DNA from: an uncultured virus (IMG/VR IMGVR_UViG_3300043117_000361)
Lineage: Duplodnaviria > Heunggongvirae > Uroviricota > Caudoviricetes
DNA: 64,000 bases
Virus record (IMG/VR): IMGVR_UViG_3300043117_000361
Reading direction: 5' to 3' (one strand)
Positions 49,606 through 59,494 of this stretch are shown in pieces. The stretch's first letter is position 1. The number at the start of each line of letters is the position of its first letter. The position numbers were made by a program, and so were the translations under genes. The notes below the pieces were generated by a model that did no database searches, had not been told where the DNA came from, and saw nothing but the letters and a program-made list of their open reading frames with translations.

Positions 49606-49834
49606 AGTGCCCGAGACGGGGGCAACAGAACGCGAAATTGAAGAATGGATCGAGTACAAGACTGGCTACCGTCACGACATTAGCGCAGGAAACCCGCTTG
49701 CGGATTGTGACATGGACGCCAATTGGATCGAGATCGACCATCATTGAAGATGCCAACAACGATTTGAGCGGACGGCGGTAGCCGGTACGCTCGAAATGCT
49801 GGTTGGGCTTACCCGGCCAGCAGAAAGGAAAGCA

Positions 49835-50452
49835 ATGATACTGACGATCAAGGAGATTCGGACGCTGGCTGAGTTCTGTGGGTTGATCGTCGCGCCTCTT
49901 GGCCCGAAGGACGACCCTGAAGAAGAAGAGTCTGAAATCCAGATTGCTGACGGACCAGAGCAGGGTGTTCTCGACGACGACGGGAAGACGCGCCGTTTCT
50001 ACGATCACGTGGCGTGGTTCCATGAGTACCCCGAGGAGGGCTGCTGTGGCCTTGGACCAGAGGAGCCCAACGACAAGCTGACCGGCCAGCAAAAGCCGGA
50101 GAAAGGAAATGACATGACAGACAACGCAAAACCGGCCTTTGTCGGTACGAGTGAAGCGCCTTGTTCGGTTGCACTGGTTGACGTGCTCGAAGAACGGCGG
50201 CGGCAGGATGAGAAGTGGGGCGAGCAAAACCATGACCCGTTTGCCTACCTAACAGTGCTCGGCGAGGAATACGGCGAGCTGTGCCAGTGCGCACTCCATG
50301 ATCGGTTTGGAGGGCCAGCCGCCGAGCACATCCGAGAGGAAGCCGTGCAGGTAGCCGCCGTGGCGCTCGCCATTGTGGAATGCCTTGATCGTGGCAAGTG
50401 GCGCTGGCCTGCGGAAGTTCAACCGAACGATAAAGTTGAGAATCGGCTGTAA
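49835..50452 (+). CDS. Cassette ORF read through an attC-like site into a MazG-like NTP pyrophosphatase domain (own start at 50114)
   Basis: EERRRQDEKWG...LGEEYGELC...REEAVQVAAVA MazG-like helices. Confidence 0.7.
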   Translation: MILTIKEIRTLAEFCGLIVAPLGPKDDPEEEESEIQIADGPEQGVLDDDGKTRRFYDHVAWFHEYPEEGCCGLGPEEPNDKLTGQQKPEKGNDMTDNAKPAFVGTSEAPCSVALVDVLEERRRQDEKWGEQNHDPFAYLTVLGEEYGELCQCALHDRFGGPAAEHIREEAVQVAAVALAIVECLDRGKWRWPAEVQPNDKVENRL

Positions 50453-50507
50453 GCCGTATTCTCCAACGCCTGGTTGGCCTCACGGTTGACCGAGCAGAAA
50501 GGACAGC

Positions 50508-50795
50508 ATGAGAACAATCTGGAAATGGACACTGACCACCGAATGCACGTTGGACATGCCGCAAGGCGCGAAGATCCTGACAGTGCAAGAACAGCACGGC
50601 GAACCGCAACTGTGGGCGCTGGTGGACTCGAACGCCCCGCAGGAACGTCGGACGTTCCGCGTGTACGGCACCGGCCATTGCTGCGCTACTGATCCCGGTG
50701 ACTACATCGGCACGTTTCAGCTTCACGGCGGCGGGCTCGTGTTCCACGTCTTTGAGGCCAACGTCGAAGCTGAGACTTCGGAAAGGAGTGAGTGA
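50508..50795 (+). CDS. Cassette ORF, small beta-rich phage protein
   Basis: GAAAGGA RBS; IWKWTL...MPQGAKIL...LWALVD...YIGTFQ...VFHVFE. Confidence 0.7.
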   Translation: MRTIWKWTLTTECTLDMPQGAKILTVQEQHGEPQLWALVDSNAPQERRTFRVYGTGHCCATDPGDYIGTFQLHGGGLVFHVFEANVEAETSERSE

Positions 50796-52406
50796 AGAAT
50801 GAACGAGCGGATTGACGATAGTTCTCCAGCGCCTGGTTCGACACCCTGCCCGCATCAGCACCCTGAAACATGGAAATGCCGATGGGATGGGCTGATGAAG
50901 CCGGACGGAAAGTGTAAGCCTCACACATTTGAGCACAGGCCGATGAAGTGGAGGCGACACTTGACCGGATTCTATTCCAGCATACGGTGTATGGTGTCGA
51001 ACGGCAGGATCAGCTGCCGCCGGGAACAATCAGAAACCGAAGGAGACACAGACGATGAAAGATGAATCTACGAACACCGCAACCACAGAAACCGCAGGCG
51101 GTCAGCCTGCATCCAGTGGTTCGGCTGAGCCGTTCATCGACCTTGCGGGCACGCGGCTGACCGGCGCCGCTTTAGCGGCTCACCATGCCCGTAATCAGAC
51201 AGCCTCGTATCACTGCGTATCATGCGGCGCAGAAATTTCTGGCTCACGGCCATACCCATGCCGCGCTTGTGGATACGAGCCGAACGCCGAAACTCAGCGG
51301 CCAATGAAGCCGCAGGAAGGACGTGGAGAATGAAACAGAAAGGTTGGCGCGGCTTCATTGGTGCGCTGAAGTGCCTTGTTCGGTTTTTCAATCGGCTTGA
51401 TACGCCATCATTTATGCCAGACATGCGAGTTCCTCTTTGGAAGTCACTACTCATAGACTGGGGACGGCTGTTCACGTTTGGGCTTTGGAAACCGAACGAC
51501 CGTCTTGACGGTCAAGAAGGGAGCGAAGAATGAGCGGACAGACGATAGACTCCAGCGCCTTGTTGGCTGCTGCCGACGTTTTTGACGACATCTTCCGCAA
51601 GCACCAGGAATGGTTCATGCGACACGAGCGCGTCAGCTTGGCCATGATGAGCGAGCGGGAGAACATTCGGGCACGCTGTGAGTGGGCGGCTAAGGTATTG
51701 CGCGACCTTGCAGCCAATGCAGAAGCTGAGACTTCGGAGCGAAGCGGAGACTTCGGAGCGAAGCGGAGATAGTTTTCCAGCGTTTTGTTCGGTGCCGACG
51801 TGAACATGCGATCACTGTGGGCAACTGAACAACGATTACGACATGGAGTGCTGGCGGTGCAATGAATTGGCACCGAACGCCAGGGCTCAAGCTCCGAGCG
51901 AAGAGAGGTAGATTGCAGCCCTTTGTTGGGCGGGAGGACGACCATGGAACAGATGCATTGTCAGTGGTGCGGAACAGTGAATGTACCAAAACGGAAGGAC
52001 ATGGCTAAGTGTCCAAAGTGCGGAGACAAGATGCCAGCAGAGCATCAAGTGACGGACTGGACACAGAAGTATACGCCCAACGACAGCAATGAGCGGCGGC
52101 GTTAGACGTGCGCTCTATTGGCCTTGTTGGGCATGTCCCGCAAGGCCGGAAAGGGAACGATGGAAATCAATTATGACGCATATTGGAAGACGGACAAGGA
52201 CACAACGCGGATCACGCACGGCGTTCTGACCGAGGAAGACCTCGAAGACGCCGTGAGGCGCAAGGAAGACCGCGAGAGCATTGACCACATGCCTGTGTGG
52301 TTCAGCAGCGTCAACTGGGACGGGGTACGGTTGTGATGCCCAACAACTAGCTCAAGCGCGTAGCTAAGCGGAGTCACTTGCTGCGCCTTGTTGAAGGAGT
52401 ATATAA

Positions 52407-52696
52407 TGATAGAACCAAGCGATATAGAACGGGGCGAGTTGCCGGAAACCAGCGCGGCATATATAACGGACCTTGAGCAAGAGAACGAAGCCCTGCATAA
52501 AGAGGTCTTGCGGTTTGAACTGGAAAACAAACGCCTGAACGGCCTGTACTGCGAGTTGCTGCATCAGGTCGAAATGAAGTACTCCGACGAATCCCGTCAC
52601 GAAACAGCGAAACGGATGTTACGCACAGCCCAGCAAAGTATGGGACCAGCGGCGTCAGTTAACGACAAATCTCAGATTTTGAGCAAAGTGAAATAA
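52407..52696 (+). CDS. Cassette ORF, coiled-coil protein (start approximate)
   Basis: AAGGAG RBS right after an attC-like site; ESRHETAKR motif. Confidence 0.6.
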
Positions 52697-54020
52697 TCTG
52701 GAACGCCTTGTTGGCGCAGGAGATAATATGAAGGTTGGAACATTCGTAAAGGTGAAAAGTGGGGCGTCTACTTGGATGAAGGATCGCGGCTACTGGATAA
52801 ATGACTGGCCGGAATCCATTGACGGCATGATAGGCGAAATTACCCATGATTATACTGCGTATAAGGGCGACGATTGCCACTACGAGGTCGCGCTGCCCGG
52901 CGTAGACGGGTGCGGGATACATCCGCAATGGTTGTCTGTTACCTCCCGATTCACCTGACGAGCGAAATGGAAGTAAATAATGGATAAGAAACATACACAA
53001 ACTAACACACAGCAAACATCGACAAACCCGCGCGTCCGTCCGGTCAGGTGCAGCCGGTGGTGTGTTCGCGGTGTATGGTTGTATGCGGCGACATGGGATG
53101 GTGCAGAGGTAAGGGAGGTTTTAGCATGAATGAACAAAGCGATCGAATGGATACGGCCTCTACTGATTTGTTGGTATTTCCGGTTCGGCATCACTTTGAC
53201 TGTTGGATTGACAGGTGCCGAACATGCCTTGATGACCACCTTGCGCTTGCCGAGTATATCCATGCGGTAACACAGGCCCCGCGTCAGTACCACGATTTTT
53301 TGAGAGAGTACCGGACGTGGCTCGACAGCCACGGAATCCCTGCTGAATCAGAGGACGGATGGGCGACGCGGCAGGCTTGGGACAAAGAGAACGTCCATGC
53401 GTTCATTTGGGACGTGTGGGGGGTAGATGCCAACGCCTAAATTGAGTTTTCTGAAAGGAGCGAAGCGAGTGAAAGATAAATTTAAACGTCTTGTTCGGCA
53501 TCTGTCTGCGTGGGCGTGGGCGGATGAGATTGAGACAACGAAACAGGCTGGCGGCGTTCTGCGCTGGAAGTCGGAATACGATTGGTGGCACTGGTACGTC
53601 GTTGAGGTCGGGACGAAAGGTGGACATTGGATTGGAAGTCACGCCGATCCGATGGTCCGAAAGGCGTGGGATGCCGCAAGGGAACGTATGCCGAACGCAC
53701 ACTTTAGCGGCGCGGTTTCCGCGTCTGTTCCAAGCGATCATTGGGTTTCTTTTAATGTCTGGCACGCTGATAGTCACCCACCATTCAGCGCACCTTTGAT
53801 TTGCAAGGTTCTGCATTATCGCACAGATCGAATAACCGAGGATAAGATGACACTAGAGGAACCGACCGATCCTCGGTTTTGCTTCTCCAATAACAGCGAA
53901 CTTGACGAAAGCAAAACTCGTGTTATTGCGTGGAAACTCAATAACTAGCTCAACTTCGGAGCGAAGCGGAGTAAGCTGGAGCGCCTTGTTGGGCGTTCCG
54001 TAACATAAAGGAGAAAAGCG

Positions 54021-54239
54021 ATGAACGAAAAAAAGTACATGATTGATGACGAACCGGCCAGCGCGAATGACATCATTCGCAAGGCGAAGGAACTGGACAC
54101 GGATTACGGGTCGGACGGCTTCTGTCAGACCAGCGTGGCCGCAGATGTTTTGCAGCGGAACGGGTTTTCGGTCTGGCACAACCCTGATTATACGCCCAAC
54201 GCCGGAAGTGACGATCAGAATGAAGGGAGCGAAGAATGA
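54021..54239 (+). CDS. Cassette ORF, hypothetical
   Basis: AAGGAG RBS; ends inside the next attC-like site. Confidence 0.65.
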   Translation: MNEKKYMIDDEPASANDIIRKAKELDTDYGSDGFCQTSVAADVLQRNGFSVWHNPDYTPNAGSDDQNEGSEE

Positions 54240-54487
54240 GCGAGCGAAATGAGGTAGCGTCCACTTCTTTGTTGGACGATTTGCGCGACTTGAAGCGCGA
54301 ACTTGAGGTTGCGAAAAACAGTCAACTGGCTGGTCCGGATGGACGCGCCGCGTTCACATCCTGCCTTGGGTCTGTGAACATGATTCTCGATAAACACGAT
54401 ACGTCCAACGCAGCAATGACGGGCGGCGAATAGCCGTACCGTCGATTGGCCTTGTTGGGCACGTACCGCAAGGCCGGAAAGGACAAC

Positions 54488-54730
54488 ATGAGATCAATTC
54501 AGGAAGGCGACATTGTATGTGTTAACTTCAACAATGCACAGTACACGCTTTGCAGTCGGGCCAAGGTACTACACACGCCCTCGGCAACGGGCGACTCGTG
54601 GTACTTTCAGGACATGGAGACAAAAAAAGAATGGGCGGTCAGCGAGGGATGCACGATTACGCTGATAGAGCCTCATATGCCCAACGCAGAGTTGACCGGA
54701 TCGAAACAGCCAGAGAAAGGCACAGCATGA
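54488..54730 (+). CDS. Cassette ORF, small SH3-like protein (paralog of the 55746 N-terminus)
   Basis: I..GD.V.V.F...TP.ATGDSW shared with 55746. Confidence 0.65.
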   Translation: MRSIQEGDIVCVNFNNAQYTLCSRAKVLHTPSATGDSWYFQDMETKKEWAVSEGCTITLIEPHMPNAELTGSKQPEKGTA

Positions 54731-55745
54731 ACCAAACACCGCAAGCGGCTGTTTCGGGTACGGTCGGACGCCTTGTTCGCCCTTCCGGGGTGAGCATTGA
54801 GATGATGGAGTTTGCCCGTCCGCAAGACGATGATCTGTGGCACTGGGCAAACAACCTGAACGCCATGCTGCACTCGGGCTACTGCAAGAAGTGCGGCCTC
54901 ACGCCGAACGGATGCCGCAACGAAGGCTGTAGGGCTAACGGAAAGGATGACACTCCGAAATGAGTAAGCGAAGCGCGACGAATGAAGGTAGTTGTCCATC
55001 CGCTTGTTCGACATGCCCCGCGCTGGAGCTGGTGCGGGCAATCGTCGAGATGACCGAGGGACAAGCAGACATCGACAAGCGCAGCATTGTGCGCCCCGGC
55101 GTTACGCTGGGAAGGGAATCACGCCGCATACTCGCTCGTCTGTCGAACGCCGAGCATGACACTCGGCATTGAAGCGAAGCGAAAATGACGCAGTTGTCCA
55201 TGCTTTTGTTGGGCATGGACGGGAAGGAAAACGATGAAATTGAACCACTTGATTCTGATAGGTGACGCGGTGGAGAAAATCCACGAACTGACAAACACAG
55301 ACATTCCTGACATCGTAGACGCCCTTACTGGTGTTGCTTGGGACGAAGAGGACGCGGGGCAAATCAAAGCGTATCACGCTGGCTAAGATTATATGCCCAA
55401 TGCAGCGCTCACCGTCGGGGCTCAAGCTCCGAGCGAAGCGAGGTAGATTGAAGCCCTTTGTTGGGGCTGGATTGGAGGACAAGATGACATACGTGAGTGT
55501 TGACTACAAGGGCAGAGCGCACATTGCCGACGCGGAATTGCTGGACGACTACAAGGCTGGCGTGCTGGAGGATGGCGGCGTGCTGCTGCGGATCGACGGC
55601 GAGACGGTGAGCCAGTACACGGGCAATGGCGACAATGAATGGGAAGAACTTTACTAGCCCCAAACGCTGCAAAGCAGTCTCGCAGCGGTAGCAAGTAGGC
55701 TCGATTTGTCTTGTTGGGTTTCCCAGCAAGGCGGGAAGGAACAAG

Positions 55746-56153
55746 ATGAAAAACAGGATTGAGAAGGACGACAGGGTGCTGGTGGTTTTCGCCAGCGACG
55801 GATCGAGTTTGCGCGGAGTGGTGGACTACACGCCGCAAGCGACAGGTGACTCGTGGGTGATTGTGCAAGACGATGGCACCGTCAACTATGTTCAGATGTT
55901 TGAGACGATGCAACTCGTTGGTAAACCCAACGCTGGCGGTGACGCTTCGGCGTACTCGCCGATAGCATCCACTGCTTTGTTGTCTGTCCCGTCCAACACC
56001 ATTGTGACGTGTGCCAACTGCGGCAACGAGTACGAGGTTCATTACACTGAGCCGTTCGACAAGGCTGGGGAAGGTAGACGCATCTGCGTGGATTGTTGCG
56101 AGGGACTTGGGCCAGAAGACCTGCCATGCGGCATCAGTACAGACAACAACTAG
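55746..56153 (+). CDS. Cassette ORF fused through an attC-like site to a Zn-finger cassette
   Basis: TPQATGDSW domain, site 55925-55985 read in frame, then CANC...CVDC. Confidence 0.6.
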   Translation: MKNRIEKDDRVLVVFASDGSSLRGVVDYTPQATGDSWVIVQDDGTVNYVQMFETMQLVGKPNAGGDASAYSPIASTALLSVPSNTIVTCANCGNEYEVHYTEPFDKAGEGRRICVDCCEGLGPEDLPCGISTDNN

Positions 56154-57565
56154 CTCAAGCGTAGCGAAGCGGAGTCGCTTGCTGCATTTTGTTGGCAATC
56201 TGAATAAGGAGAGAAGAATGAGTGAAATGAATTGGAAGCGATTGAATAAGGAACAACTGGCGATACTGGATCACACGGCACACCGGGCCGCTGGTGGGCT
56301 GTATTGCGGGGACAGCCCCGACATGCAAAAGCTGATCGAGGCTGGGCTGATGGTGTCGGCGGGCTGCAAGTCGTTCGTGCCGGATGAGTATTTCCGTATG
56401 ACGGACAAAGGACACGAAGTGCTGCGGGAAGCATGCCGCCCCAGCTATGGAGGTGAGTGAATGACAGTGGAGCTAAGCGTAATTGACAGTATGCTCGATC
56501 GTCTTGTTGGCATCATTCGGCGCGAGCAGTTTGACCCAGAGAAGGGGCCTCCTTCGATACGTCGATTAGCCCGCCTCACGCGCAGGCAGCAGAAGGACGT
56601 GCTGGAAGAGTGCGTAGACGCGGACTTGTGCGTAAACATCGGCATCCAGTGTGGTGGCGTGATTGGGGTGTTTGATCGCATTGGTGACTACACCGTGGAA
56701 GACCTGACGGTAGATTACCAACGCCGAGTGTGAGGTTCAGATATGGGCGCAGTTAAGAAGAAGTAGACATCGTCACGCGGATTATTTTTTAAATGAATAA
56801 TGAAGTGAAAGGGATAAAATGGTAAATTCCAAACAATTTATAGCCGTGCGTATAATTATGATCGCGCTCACATTTCTTATTAACGTAGCAGTTATCGCTG
56901 GCGCTGTGTGGCTGGTGGTTAATGTGCTTCAATGGCTTTATATTCTTTTAAAAACCGTATAAAATTAAAAGCCATCCCGTGATCGGGCGCATCTTGGATG
57001 TTGTGAGCGCCACAAATCAAGGGCAGTTGCCCTAAGGAGTAAACCATGAGTGATGTAGAAAACGCGAGCGGGGCGCAAGTACCCACTCAATGCGACTGTT
57101 CGGTATTGCGAGCGGCGTTACGCGGGCTGCTTGAATGTCGCTGTGAAGCAAACACCGGACAATGTTGCGAGCACGTCAAGGCGGCAGAACAAGCGTTAAT
57201 GAACAATAAAACAGGAGAGCCAAAATGACGGCCAGGCTGACGGTCAAGAAATTGATTACTGAGTTAATGAGCATGGACCCGGATATGGATGCAGAACGTG
57301 CCCTTTCGGATATACGCACCGACACCTTGTTGGGTTTTAACGAGGAAAGTAATGAGATGAATATACCATGCGACTGCGGAAATGAAAAAGCGTATTGGAA
57401 AGGAGATAGGTGCGGATTGCGAATATACGCCTGTGCAGAATGCCATGCGTACAACAGCGGGCTTGAAACAGCGGCCGGTCTCATTGAAGAAGGATGCAGC
57501 AACGAAGATGATAAAGCTGTGCTGCTTTGCGGAGTTTTATCTTCTAAGAAACTCAACGATCAAGC

Positions 57566-58051
57566 TCAGCTTCGGAGCGAAGCGGAGTAAGCTGGAGCAC
57601 CTTGTTGGGCTTTTAGAGCACGTTGCAATTCAGAGAGGAGCGGGCGCCAGTCTGCTGCGGCGTCGCCAATCGGCATCAATTCGTCCGGTATGTTGTCCAG
57701 GCTTACCGGGAGGCCGAGCGCCTCCTGCAGAGCCAAGGCGGATTCCATAGTATCGAATTCGTCAGTACCGTCGGCGACGTCGACGTTAGTCCAGTTTCCT
57801 GGGTTGAAACTTTCGCCCCATTCCTTACGCATGGCGGCTAGAACCTTCTGTTCAAAGTTCGGATCCAGGCGAAAATCGGGCATCACCGGCGGCGTGTAAG
57901 TAGGCGCTTGGGGACGCTGTTTTGGGCGTCCGAGTCCCAAAAAGGCCCTCTTCTCAAACACCTCCGCAAGCCCCTGGGCGTACGCCTGCTTCAGGTGTCC
58001 GGACACGTTGCGTTGTTGTGCAACTTTAATTCCAAGTTCATATGGTGTCAT
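57566..58051 (-). CDS. Cassette ORF in the opposite orientation, resembling the phage's virion-type proteins
   Basis: AGGAG RBS; MTPYELG..., KQA and EKRA motifs; stops inside site 57551-57610. Confidence 0.65.
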   Translation of the reverse strand: MTPYELGIKVAQQRNVSGHLKQAYAQGLAEVFEKRAFLGLGRPKQRPQAPTYTPPVMPDFRLDPNFEQKVLAAMRKEWGESFNPGNWTNVDVADGTDEFDTMESALALQEALGLPVSLDNIPDELMPIGDAAADWRPLLSELQRALKAQQGAPAYSASLRS

Positions 58052-59494
58052 AACGAGACTCCTATTAAAGGTCAAACACGAGCGAAGAATACCACAGGAG
58101 GCTGGCGGATGTCAAGTTCAACGCCGGGGCTCAAGCTCCGAGCGAAGCGAGGTAGATTGCAGCCCTTTGTTGGGGCAAAAATGGAGGACAGGATGGACAA
58201 GACGGCAGAACTGATTGTTGATGCGATAGTGACCGACTTCACCGACAGGCGCGGGTTGCGGCAAGAGTGGGAACAGATCGACGAGAAGATTCAGAACGAA
58301 ATCAAGGGCGAGTGGATGCGCCTTGTGCGCGAGATTCTTGGTCGCCCCAACGCCGGAGTTCACACTCCGAGCGAAGCGAGGTAGTTTGTGAAACGATTTG
58401 TTCGGAATCAGGCACGGGTAGGCAAACCTGACGGGCGTATGGCTGGCTGCTTGGGGTTCGATTCCCCGATGCCCGTTCCCATGCCGGGGTGCCTGATGCC
58501 GAACGCACAAGCTGACCATCAAAAAAGGAGCGAAGTATGAGCGGATTTTTTGTAGCGGTCCAGCGCCTTGTTGGGCGCATGGTTGGACGCTGTAAATGTG
58601 GCAAGTTTGTTCCTAATTGGGGCAAACTCCACGCATCATGTAAGCATGCGGCCCTGAATGGCGTTGCCATCAGTTTGCCAGCAATACGGTATTGCCCGTG
58701 GTGTGGCTGTCGTGTGCCGCCCAATGCCGGAAATCAGGGGCATGTGCCCCAGGGAGAACGATCATGAGTAACACGAAACGCACAGCGGGGCACATGTCCC
58801 CTGAATTGACTTGTTATCCAAAATGCGAAGACTGCCTGCACTGGCGGGACGAGCTATGTCATTTTGCGTCTCCGTTTTTGGCACGTCGTGAAACGCAACG
58901 CAAACGCCCGATCAAGCCAAAAAGCCTGAACTGCGGTATTGAAGGAAAGAACTTTATCGCGAACAACTAGCTCAAGCGCGTAGCGAAGCGGAGTCGCTTG
59001 CTGCGCCTTGTTGGAGGCGTATATTGACAACTTTGAGACAGGGATCGGGTCGCAGGTTCGAGTCCTGCCGGACAAGGGCAACGGGACGCCGTTCGCAGCT
59101 TTGCCACTGCGTGTGCGCACACGATTGACCGATGCCGGGCGGCATGACTCGTCCCTTTGTCTCTGAAAGTGAGGTTTAGGAGTGAGTGAGCAAAGAAAGC
59201 GAATAAAGGCAACAGCCCAGCGCTTTGCCCGTCAGTCTCGGGCACTGTCCGCAATGCGGTCAACCGGCTCAGACCTGCGGCAGTACCGCAATGAATCAGC
59301 GGCCTGGTATGTTTGGCATCCAACCGCATACCGTGTGCGATTGAAATTAACATGTCGAGACGTGTTGCTCATGGTAACTGATGGCAGGCTATGCGCTCCG
59401 CAGCAAGATGAGTGTCGCGGGCATTATCTGCCCAACAGTGCGGTACATGTATAAACTGCGAACGATAAGAAGAAAGAACAAAAGGAGAACAGTA

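Noticed and set aside
49848..51029. 393-aa minus-strand ORF and the many other minus-strand ORFs in the array (PNKALQ-like peptides)
   Set aside because: Shadow frames of GC-rich DNA and translated attC arms; the plus-strand ORFs have the RBSs. Only 57566-58051 was kept.
58404..59100. Calling the two T-arm elements tRNA genes
   Set aside because: No complete acceptor, D and anticodon arms could be built; reported as findings instead.
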